64,000 bases of DNA, taken from contig JACOWW010000005.1 of NCBI GenBank assembly GCA_016176605.1, forward strand, positions 127-64,126, read 5' to 3'. Source of the stretch: Candidatus Saccharimonadota bacterium (GTDB taxonomy: Bacteria > Patescibacteriota > Saccharimonadia > Saccharimonadales > UBA10212). Positions within the stretch are counted from its first letter, which is position 1. Each line of letters opens with the position of its first letter. Below the pieces are notes generated by a model, which did no database searches, was not told the DNA's origin, and saw only the letters and a program-made list of their open reading frames with translations. The position numbers and the translations under genes are program-made. Below, piece by piece: positions 38,169 through 47,726 of the stretch.

Positions 38169-38182
38169 CAGGTCTATTGTAA

Positions 38183-38256
38183 CCCACGCACCAAAAACTT
38201 GAAGCTCTATAATCTGATTACAAACTACTCCGCTCAGGTTTTGGTGCGGGGCAAGC
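38183..38256 (-). repeat. Hairpin element copy C
   Basis: It fills the mnmA-alaS spacer. Confidence 0.8.
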
Positions 38257-38267
38257 AGAGGTAGAAA

Positions 38268-39392
38268 CTAAACAACAATCCCGCCGCCAAGACAGACGTT
38301 ACCAGAGTAGAAGACGGCGGATTGGCCGGGAGTTAGGGCGCGGATTTCTTCATCAAGTTTAACTAAAGCTTCAAAATTACTTAACAAGTTAAGTTTTTTG
38401 ACTGGAATAAGTTTTGCCCGATGGCGTGTTCGCACCTGTAGGGACTGTTCCTGCAACGGTGCTTCGTTAATCCAGTGGATATCAGCCAGATTAATCTGGT
38501 TGCTCCAGAGCTTTTTGTCTTGGAGGTCGGTCGTTACGTAAACTTCGTTCTTTTTCATATCCTTGCCAGTGACATAGTATGGTAAACCACCACCCACATC
38601 TAGACCGTGGCGTTGACCGATGGTGTAGAAAATAGCCCCATCGTGCTCGCCAACTGTCCACCTCCGCCGGCCGGCGGATTGGTCAATGATTTTGCCCGGC
38701 TTTTTATCAACATATTGGCTTAAAAAATCTTTAATGCCAATCTTACCTACGAAACAAATGCCCATACTTTCTTTTCGATCGGCCGAAACCAGTTTGTGCT
38801 TTTTGGCTAGCGCCCGAACCTGCGGCTTGATTAAATTACCAAGCGGGAAGATAGTTTTTTGTAGAGCTTCTTGAGTTATGCGGTATAAAAAGTATGTCTG
38901 ATCCTTATTGGCGTCTTTTGCTTGCAAAAGACGAGGAACTAGTAATTGGGAATTAGGAATTAGCTTTTTGTCTGCCTTTTTACTATTTTCTATTTCCTGA
39001 TTGCTATTTTCTATTTGGGCGTAGTGGCCGGTGGCTATATAATCCGTTCCGTCATCAATTGCCGTTTCCAAAAATAGCCGAAACTTGATTTCTTGGTTGC
39101 ACATGATATCCGGATTTGGTGTGCGGCCAGCTTTGAATTCGGCCAGCATATAGTCAACAACTTTGTGCCTGTACTGCTTTTCGAAATCGTACATTTTGAA
39201 GTCGATGCCTAGCTGTACGGCCACGCGCTTAGCGTCCTGATAATCATCTTTCCATGGACACTTAACTCCCGGAAAATCCTGGCTCCAGTTCTTCATATAG
39301 ATGCCAACAACTTCATAGCTCTGCTGTTTGAGCAGCAAAGCCGCCACAGAGCTGTCCACTCCTCCGGATAATCCGACATATACCTTTTCCAT
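38268..39392 (-). CDS. mnmA: tRNA 2-thiouridine(34) synthase MnmA
   Basis: It has the PP-loop 'GLSGGVDSSV', 'ATGHYA' and 'KDQTYFLY'. It carries an internal low-complexity insertion. Confidence 0.95.
   Translation of the reverse strand: MEKVYVGLSGGVDSSVAALLLKQQSYEVVGIYMKNWSQDFPGVKCPWKDDYQDAKRVAVQLGIDFKMYDFEKQYRHKVVDYMLAEFKAGRTPNPDIMCNQEIKFRLFLETAIDDGTDYIATGHYAQIENSNQEIENSKKADKKLIPNSQLLVPRLLQAKDANKDQTYFLYRITQEALQKTIFPLGNLIKPQVRALAKKHKLVSADRKESMGICFVGKIGIKDFLSQYVDKKPGKIIDQSAGRRRWTVGEHDGAIFYTIGQRHGLDVGGGLPYYVTGKDMKKNEVYVTTDLQDKKLWSNQINLADIHWINEAPLQEQSLQVRTRHRAKLIPVKKLNLLSNFEALVKLDEEIRALTPGQSAVFYSGNVCLGGGIVV
38941..39016. repeat. Heptanucleotide-repeat tract inside the mnmA coding sequence
   Basis: The plus strand reads GGGAATT AGGAATT AGC... 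and CTATTTT CTATTTC CTGATTG CTATTTT CTATTTG. It encodes 'QIENSNQEIENSKKADKKLIPNSQLLV'. Confidence 0.7.
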
Positions 39393-39409
39393 GCTGTACC
39401 AGCTTAACA

Positions 39410-39487
39410 GAGGTCCGACCTTGTATAAAGAGCGGTAAAACTTTGCAGTTTTAATTTATATTTTGGCTTTATCCAAGGTCGGACCTC
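39410..39487. terminator. 14-bp perfect inverted repeat with a 50-nt loop, between the atp operon end and the mnmA start
   Basis: The arms are GAGGTCCGACCTTG (39410-39423) and CAAGGTCGGACCTC (39474-39487). Confidence 0.45.
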
Positions 39488-39500
39488 GGACTGGCAGTGG

Positions 39501-41190
<1,690 letters not shown>

Positions 41191-41997
41191 TCATTGAACA
41201 TTAAGCTGTCGCCTGGCTCTAGAGTAGGTCCAATTCAAGTCAAAGTGGGTGTCGTCTGACTTTTCGTGTGCTACTCGCATGGCGCGAAAACGGCTGGCGT
41301 ACTGGGCCAGCTTTGATTCCAAAATAACTTCAGATAGGGCAATGCCTGTCATGGCGCTTTCCAGGTGACCCACTACGGCTAAAGTAGTGGGCTCAAAAAT
41401 ATAGTTGCTTTCGCTGATGATTTCTTCCCCTGGTTTAACATTGGCGCCGCGCGCGGCTATGGTCGCGCCCAGAGCTATAGTTTTAACGTCCTGCTGCATG
41501 AGCGAAACGTAAGTTTGATAATAAACCACAGTCGAGTTGTATTTTTGGACTTGGGCGACAATCGGTGCGATATTGATATTGCGTTCGCTGCCGGGTAACT
41601 TGAAGTTTAGCTTGGCCTGCAGGCGGCGCTGGGCCAGTTGGGCAATGCCGTGGTAGCCGATAACTATAATGTCGTTTTTCTTTGGATCGTAGTGCGCCAG
41701 CGCCTCAGTAATAAGCCTTAGGTCAATATCACCGCTAAAGCCGCCTTCAGAAGTAATAAGGATCATCAGCTCCTTGTTTTCGGCGGCGTGGCGTTGGGTA
41801 CGTCCAAAATTAAACGAGCTACCTACCCGTATCTGTTCATAAATACGCCACAAATCGTCGAAGAATTGCCCACTGCGCAGTACTTGGTCTTTGATTTGGG
41901 CTATACGAGTACTAGCAATACCTTCAAAAGCACTTGTCAGCTCAACCATCACAACTGATAGTTCCAGTTCCGAGCGCAAATCATTTAGGCGCCTCAC
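41191..41997 (-). CDS. atpG: F-ATPase gamma subunit (short)
   Basis: It has 'ILITSEGGFSGDID' and 'YIFEP', and a C-terminal helix 'ESKLAQYASRFRAMRVAHEKSDD'. It uses a GTG start. Confidence 0.82.
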   Translation of the reverse strand: MRRLNDLRSELELSVVMVELTSAFEGIASTRIAQIKDQVLRSGQFFDDLWRIYEQIRVGSSFNFGRTQRHAAENKELMILITSEGGFSGDIDLRLITEALAHYDPKKNDIIVIGYHGIAQLAQRRLQAKLNFKLPGSERNINIAPIVAQVQKYNSTVVYYQTYVSLMQQDVKTIALGATIAARGANVKPGEEIISESNYIFEPTTLAVVGHLESAMTGIALSEVILESKLAQYASRFRAMRVAHEKSDDTHFDLNWTYSRARRQLNVQ

Positions 41998-42082
41998 CCC
42001 AGGCCGCCTCTCTTCGAGTCTGAGCCTGAGGGCTCATCCCTCAGAGTCGAATGACCGGCGGCAAATCTCAATTTACAATTAT

Positions 42083-42155
42083 CCTCAGCATAAAATCTTG
42101 AAGCTCCGTAATCTGATTGCAGACTACTCCGTTCAGGATTTAATGCGGGGCAAGC
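42083..42155 (-). repeat. Hairpin element copy D
   Basis: It lies in the 259-nt atpA-atpG spacer. Confidence 0.8.
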
Positions 42156-42159
42156 AATT

Positions 42160-42250
42160 TTTAATGATTTATCATTGATCATTTTCCAATTGTTAAATGG
42201 CAAATGTGAAATCAACGGTGAATGGTGAATGGTGAATGGTAAATGGAGTG
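42160..42250. repeat. Degenerate heptanucleotide tract
   Basis: It ends with CAACGGT GAATGGT GAATGGT GAATGGT AAATGGA (42213-42247), directly 3' of the atpA stop on the transcribed strand. Confidence 0.75.
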
Positions 42251-42256
42251 ATGTAG

Positions 42257-43699
42257 TCATTTTTGGGCTCCTTGCAAGGGCACCACAGCTTTTTCCTTTA
42301 ACCTAGCCAGAACTTTGGCATAAGCTTCACCGGACTTAATATAGCTGCTAACTTCGGCGGCGGCTTTTTTCAGTCGGTCGACCCTTAAGCCCGGTATAGG
42401 CGTGTCAGATAATATCAAATCAAGCATCAATTGTTGGCTTATCAGCCCGTATGTTTCGCCCGGTACCTGTGTAAACAACTGATGTAACTGATTACCGGCG
42501 GCTAATACTTTGTGGGTAGTGGCAGCCATTTCGGTGCCAAAGTGCGAAAATTTTTGGGCTTTGGCGTAGTCCGCCATAAGTTTTAAGGCCGTAGCGCTTT
42601 GACTTTTTTGCCGGGCATTTTGTCCAACCCCGCCGACACGAGTTACTGATAAACCCGAGTTTAGCGCGGGGCGCAGGCCCGACCTAAAGACATCCATATC
42701 TAAAATCCACTGGCCATCGGTTATTGACATTATGTTGGTGGGTAAATAAGTTGTTATGTCACCAGCTTCTGTCAAAACCACCGGGATCGCCGTCATAGCG
42801 TGGTGGTTAGCTTTTAACTTACCGGCCCGTTCCAGTAAGCCGGAGTGCGCATGAAATATGTCGCCCGGGTAAGAGTCGCGGCCGGGGTTGGTGCCAAGCA
42901 ACAGTGAGATTTCGCGGTAAGCGTGGGCGTGGGCGGTCAGATCGTCATAAATCACAACTACGTCCTGGCCGGCCTTCTGCCAGAGGTATTCCCCCAGCGC
43001 ACAGCCGATATAGGGTGCCAAATAACTATTCACCAACGACTCGAAAATGGTCGAAACAACGACTATAGATTTTTGCAGAGTGCCAGCATCGCTTAAGCGC
43101 GACAACAAGATATCTACGTCACTGCGGCGTTTAGCGATAAGAACATAGACTACGACCTGGTCTGTGCTGCGTTGGTTAATGGCAATTTGGGTGGCCAGGG
43201 TGGTTTTGCCAGACTTACTGTCACCCAAAAGCGCTATACGCTGGCCCCTCACGATAGGGAACACTGTATCTATTAGCGTAACGCCGGTTTCTAGTTGAGT
43301 ATCTAGAAGTTCCCTTTGGTAAATCGGCGGCGTAGAATTAAAAACTAGCCAGTAAGCGTCGGCGGCAATGGCGCCCTTGCCGTCCAATGGTTCGCCAGTT
43401 ACTGAAATTACCCGGCCAACAAAGTCCTTGCCAACCTTAGCCGTTAAATTTTCTTCAGCGACAACCGCTAAGGTACCTATTTTGAGTTGTGATGTCCCCT
43501 GCCTTAGCACCATTACCCGATCTTCCAATATATCGCGCGTGAAGCCGCGGCTGCCATCTTCGAAAATTACTAACGAATGGATACTCACCGGCTGGAGGCC
43601 TTTAACCGTTATTAAGAAACTGTTTATGGCCACAATTTCGCCTACCGGACGGCCGGCATCGACCAGTTTTTGGAAATGTTGCGAGGCCTGGGTCTCCAT
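42257..43699 (-). CDS. atpA: F-ATPase alpha subunit
   Basis: It has the P-loop 'GDSKSGKTT', 'PGRDSYPGDIFHAHSGLLERA' and 'NSGLSVTRVGG'. Confidence 0.9.
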   Translation of the reverse strand: METQASQHFQKLVDAGRPVGEIVAINSFLITVKGLQPVSIHSLVIFEDGSRGFTRDILEDRVMVLRQGTSQLKIGTLAVVAEENLTAKVGKDFVGRVISVTGEPLDGKGAIAADAYWLVFNSTPPIYQRELLDTQLETGVTLIDTVFPIVRGQRIALLGDSKSGKTTLATQIAINQRSTDQVVVYVLIAKRRSDVDILLSRLSDAGTLQKSIVVVSTIFESLVNSYLAPYIGCALGEYLWQKAGQDVVVIYDDLTAHAHAYREISLLLGTNPGRDSYPGDIFHAHSGLLERAGKLKANHHAMTAIPVVLTEAGDITTYLPTNIMSITDGQWILDMDVFRSGLRPALNSGLSVTRVGGVGQNARQKSQSATALKLMADYAKAQKFSHFGTEMAATTHKVLAAGNQLHQLFTQVPGETYGLISQQLMLDLILSDTPIPGLRVDRLKKAAAEVSSYIKSGEAYAKVLARLKEKAVVPLQGAQK

Positions 43700-44238
43700 T
43701 ATTCTTCCACCGCTGCACCTGGCGCTATCTGGTTCAGGGCTGCGCCTTTTATAAGTTCGATTAAGTATGGCTGCTGTTTCTCAAAAGAGGCGCGCAGACT
43801 GAGGTCGAAGATTTTATTGGGCGTGCGCAGTATACAGCCGGCGGCGATAGCCGGCTGTAAGCCAATATCTAGCAGTACGTAGCGGTGGACATTGCCGCGC
43901 AGCCAAGAAAGTATAGCTTGCGTAACTTTGGGCGAAGGTTCGGCCGCGAAACTAATGTGCACCATCGGCGCCTGGTCACGGACATCAGTTAGTATTCGGG
44001 TGAGTTTTTGGCGATCGCTGGCTATTTTCAAATCGTAACTATTGCCAGCAGCGGTTTGAGCCAGCTCATTTGTCACTCTTAGCAGTGTGTTTTTTTGGCT
44101 GGCAGACAAACTGGTTTGACCTTTGAGCTTTATCAGTTCAGATTCAAGTAACTCCAGTTCGCGTAGTAGACTACTGATATCCGCTTTTCCGACAATTTCT
44201 GGCGGCAAATTGAACAATTTCTTGTTATTAAGAACCAC
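43699..44238 (-). CDS. atpH: F-ATPase delta (OSCP)-like subunit
   Basis: It holds the position between the b-like gene and atpA. The C-terminal 'VLLDIGLQPAIAAGCILRTPNKIFDLSLRASFEK' fits the OSCP C-domain pattern. Confidence 0.65.
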   Translation of the reverse strand: MVLNNKKLFNLPPEIVGKADISSLLRELELLESELIKLKGQTSLSASQKNTLLRVTNELAQTAAGNSYDLKIASDRQKLTRILTDVRDQAPMVHISFAAEPSPKVTQAILSWLRGNVHRYVLLDIGLQPAIAAGCILRTPNKIFDLSLRASFEKQQPYLIELIKGAALNQIAPGAAVEE

Positions 44239-44893
44239 GTTTTATATCCTCGATTATGTCAGCTTTATTATTTTCCAGTTCAGTCAAAATAAATTCCAGT
44301 TGGTCGGTCAAATCTATCTGGTTACCTATGGCTTGCATGACGTAGTGGTTGATAATGGCGGCCATTTGGGATTCAAAACGGGCGATGATTTGGTTGCGCT
44401 GGGCCTGGGCCTGGGTCTGCATTTGAGTCTCCATCAGCTGGCGCTGCTGCTCGATGGTAGTGACTGTTTTTTCAATTGAGTCCAGAGCGATTTGCTTGGC
44501 ATCAACTATTGATTGTTCGTATTTTTTAAACTCTTCTTGCAATGTACGGGTGATTTCCGCCCGCATATAATCGTTAAGCTGGGTAGTGGTTTGGCGTAGG
44601 TCCTGTTGTAGGAACATGGCGTTTTCGCCAATGATTTTTTCGAAGTGCAGCCGGCCGCGGTTGCGCAGCTCCTCGCGGAATTCATCATTAAAAATATGCT
44701 CAACGTCTTCTTTAGCACTGACTATGGTCTGGGGCTGCGCGTCTATAGGGAGTTTCTTAGCCTGTGATGTTGTCGGAGCGGGCGCAGCCGGTTTTTTGGC
44801 CCGAGGGTTCTTTACGCGCCAGTCGAAGTAAAGAACCACTGCTATTGCCAGCAGCGCCCCGCCTGTTATCATCAATACCCCACCGTTATTCAT
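44228..44893 (-). CDS. F-ATPase b-like stator stalk (N-terminal TM helix plus a long coiled coil)
   Basis: The call rests on architecture and operon position only. The helical region is rich in Gln, Glu and Lys. Confidence 0.5.
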   Translation of the reverse strand: MNNGGVLMITGGALLAIAVVLYFDWRVKNPRAKKPAAPAPTTSQAKKLPIDAQPQTIVSAKEDVEHIFNDEFREELRNRGRLHFEKIIGENAMFLQQDLRQTTTQLNDYMRAEITRTLQEEFKKYEQSIVDAKQIALDSIEKTVTTIEQQRQLMETQMQTQAQAQRNQIIARFESQMAAIINHYVMQAIGNQIDLTDQLEFILTELENNKADIIEDIKRGS

Positions 44894-45697
44894 CTATACC
44901 CTCAATAATAAATATATACCGAATAAGCCGCCGGCAAAAACGACCGTCGCGGCCACGATGACTTGTGCCAAATTCTGCATAATTAAGTGCTTGCTTAGCG
45001 GGTTGCGGCCGATGGATATCATGCCGCTGCGGACACCTACCCAAAGCAAGCCGAAAGCGATAGCCGCGGTTATGATAAAGATCAGCAGCGCTGAATAAAT
45101 CCTGGCCGCCGAAAGCGGTTTGCCGGCAATCGATTCGACAAATAGCCGAAGGGGAAGCGGTACGGCCGTACTCTCACGCAGCTGCGGGTTTCTGCCGGGA
45201 ATAATTTCGGCATTGATTTTACCAATCTTCGCGCCACGGTTGCCAGTGCCAATAACCCCTGTGCTGCCATCGAAATTTTCCGAGGACCGGCCGATTATGA
45301 ACGTCTGCCGGCTGGTAACCTTGGCTGCCACGCCGTCCGAGGAAGACATCGAAAGGTAATCGCCGGTTTTTATGGCACCGTTTTCGGTACTGGCTACTAC
45401 TGGATAGACACCGCCGGTGGCCACAAAGACTGTCCGACCCGGCTGCTCAACTGTCGCCGGCGCAGCCTTTTGTTCAATTGCTACACCGTAGATCCGGTTT
45501 GGGTCGTCCGCCGGCGCCAGTTCCACGATGGTGTTATCTGAAACGCTAAGTGCCACAACCCTGCCTGGTTCCACGTTGCCCTTGGCATAGAAACTACGGG
45601 CGATGGTATCCGCATAAGTTGGGGCTGCGAACAAGGCGGCCGAAACCGCCGCGAGTAAGCATAATTTGATAATTCGCCTCAAGGGCAGACCCTTCAT
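44894..45697 (-). CDS. Signal-peptide protein with a beta-rich extracytoplasmic domain and a C-terminal c-subunit-like TM hairpin (no carboxylate)
   Basis: It has the signal 'LCLLAAVSAALFAAPTYA'. The last ~75 aa form TM - 'IGRNP' loop - TM, resembling the c-subunit R(Q/N)P hairpin. It sits at the atpE position. Confidence 0.55.
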   Translation of the reverse strand: MKGLPLRRIIKLCLLAAVSAALFAAPTYADTIARSFYAKGNVEPGRVVALSVSDNTIVELAPADDPNRIYGVAIEQKAAPATVEQPGRTVFVATGGVYPVVASTENGAIKTGDYLSMSSSDGVAAKVTSRQTFIIGRSSENFDGSTGVIGTGNRGAKIGKINAEIIPGRNPQLRESTAVPLPLRLFVESIAGKPLSAARIYSALLIFIITAAIAFGLLWVGVRSGMISIGRNPLSKHLIMQNLAQVIVAATVVFAGGLFGIYLLLRV

Positions 45698-45723
45698 CTT
45701 AAGCCTAATTATACTGCTTCCGC

Positions 45724-46893
45724 TTATTTTTTATAAGAGGTGAACCCGCCTAAAAGCTGGATTGTTTTTTTGATGTCAGCTTCGGTAGTAGCGCGGCCAA
45801 AGCTAAAGCGCAAGGTGGAGCGGGCTTCTGCCTCGCTCAGGCCGATAGCTGCTAAGACGTGTGATGGTTCATCGCTGCTAGCGCTGCCCTGTACCGTCTG
45901 GTGCAGGGCGCTGCAAGCGCTGCCGGTGGCCGTCTGCACGCCCCGCTCGTCAAGTTCCATCATCAGCCGCTCGTTATCATAACCTGCAAAGGTGACGCTC
46001 AATATGTGCGGCGCGTGGTACTTACCCGACCCATTAATGGTCGCCTTTGGCACATTTTCTTTCAAACCAGATATAAATAGCTGCCTTAGGCTGGTGACTC
46101 TTTTGGCTTCACTTAGTCTCTTTGTGTTTGCCAGTTTAAGCGCCGTCGTAAAACCGATGGCGCCGGCGACATTTTCGGTGCCGGACCTCAGCCCGTTTTC
46201 CTGGCCGCCGCCCAAAATTAAAGGTTGCAGCTTAACGCCTGCCCGGACGTACAGAACGCCGCTTTGCTTCGGTCCATAAATCTTACCGCCGTTAATGGTC
46301 ATTAAATCGACGCCCAGCCGCGACATGTGCAAATCAAAATAGTTCGGCGCCTGGGCCGCATCGGTATGTAAATATAACGGTAGATCCTTTGGTCCGCGCA
46401 AATTACTTAACTTGTTAAGTATTTTGGCGATGTCGGCTAGCGGCTGGATGGTACCGATTTCGTTATTGACCAAGCCGATACTAACTAAAATGGTCTTAGC
46501 GTTAATCATTTTTTCTAATTTGCCAAGGTCTACCCGACCCTGGTTGTCTACAGGTACGACCCGGTGATTGAAGATGTTGGCTGGCGCCAAAATAGATTCG
46601 TGCTCGATGGCACTAACCAATATTTCACCTTTTGGGTATGCCCACATAACGCCCTGGATTGCCAAGTTGTTGGCTTCGGTGGCACCAGCTGTAAAGACGA
46701 CTTCGCCCGGCCGCGCGCCCAGTATCTGAGCAACTGTGCTCCTAGCGGCTGCCAGTGCCTGGTTAGCCGCTTTGCCAGCCAGATAAATTGACGAGGGGTT
46801 ATAAAACTGCTGCGAAAAGTATGGCTGCATAGCCATTACCACTCTTGGATCCATCGGAGTCGCCGCGGCGTAATCTAAATAAATATATTTCAC
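45724..46893 (-). CDS. Cysteine desulfurase (class V aminotransferase, NifS/IscS-like)
   Basis: It has 'HTDAAQA', the PLP-Lys region 'INGGKIYGPK' and the active-site 'TGSACSA'. The GTG start overlaps the tatD stop (GTGA). Confidence 0.88.
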   Translation of the reverse strand: MKYIYLDYAAATPMDPRVVMAMQPYFSQQFYNPSSIYLAGKAANQALAAARSTVAQILGARPGEVVFTAGATEANNLAIQGVMWAYPKGEILVSAIEHESILAPANIFNHRVVPVDNQGRVDLGKLEKMINAKTILVSIGLVNNEIGTIQPLADIAKILNKLSNLRGPKDLPLYLHTDAAQAPNYFDLHMSRLGVDLMTINGGKIYGPKQSGVLYVRAGVKLQPLILGGGQENGLRSGTENVAGAIGFTTALKLANTKRLSEAKRVTSLRQLFISGLKENVPKATINGSGKYHAPHILSVTFAGYDNERLMMELDERGVQTATGSACSALHQTVQGSASSDEPSHVLAAIGLSEAEARSTLRFSFGRATTEADIKKTIQLLGGFTSYKK

Positions 46894-47723
46894 AATATTT
46901 TCCCCGTTTGCGAGGTCCGTCCTTGCAAACCAAGGAGGTTGATAGCATTACGGGTGGTATAACTGGCCAGCTCATTTATATCTTCGCCGCGCAGCTCGGC
47001 TAGAAATTTAGCGATATCGAATATATGTTTTGGCTCGCAGATTTGGCCGCGGTATAGTTTGGGCGCCAAAAAAGGCGCGTCGGTTTCTAATAATAAGCGG
47101 TCTTTGGGCACTTTTTTGGCCACTGCCAGTTGCTCTTTATCAGTTGTAAAAGTCATGATGCCATTGAGTGCCACATAAAGCCCGCGGCTCAAAGATTGAT
47201 CCAGCTCTGTTTGGCTGGCGCTGAAGCTATGGACAACGCCGCGCACTCCTTGATAAGAGTCTATAATCTCAAAAAACTTAGCCCAAGCCTGCCCAGCACC
47301 AGACTTGTCTTGGTGCTGGGCATCGCGAATATGGAAGATATACGGCAAGCCGCTATCTAAGCTTGTTTCTATCTGGAGCCTAAATAGTTTTTCTTGGTCG
47401 GCTTTTGGTGAGTAGTTTTTATAAAAATCCAGGCCAATTTCTCCAACTGCCACAACCTTTTTACTACCAGACAACATTTTTCCCATTTCCAGGGTGCCAC
47501 CCTGGAAATTAAAGTCTTTGGCTTCGTGCGGGTGGACGCCGACTGTCGCCCAGATATTTTTATACTTATCGGCGTATTCAGTGGCTTTTTGGCTGTCGGA
47601 TACGGTTGTGCCGACGCAGATGAGCCGAGTTACGCCCACGTCATTAGCATCTTTGATGACTTGCTCGATATTGCCGGCGAGCTTATCAAATTGTAGGTGG
47701 CAGTGCGTATCTACGAATTCCAT
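46890..47723 (-). CDS. tatD: TatD-family metal-dependent DNase/hydrolase
   Basis: It has 'VDTHCHL', 'GEIGLD', 'HSF' and 'LLLETDAP' motifs. Confidence 0.9.
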   Translation of the reverse strand: MEFVDTHCHLQFDKLAGNIEQVIKDANDVGVTRLICVGTTVSDSQKATEYADKYKNIWATVGVHPHEAKDFNFQGGTLEMGKMLSGSKKVVAVGEIGLDFYKNYSPKADQEKLFRLQIETSLDSGLPYIFHIRDAQHQDKSGAGQAWAKFFEIIDSYQGVRGVVHSFSASQTELDQSLSRGLYVALNGIMTFTTDKEQLAVAKKVPKDRLLLETDAPFLAPKLYRGQICEPKHIFDIAKFLAELRGEDINELASYTTRNAINLLGLQGRTSQTGKIL

Positions 47724-47726
47724 GAA

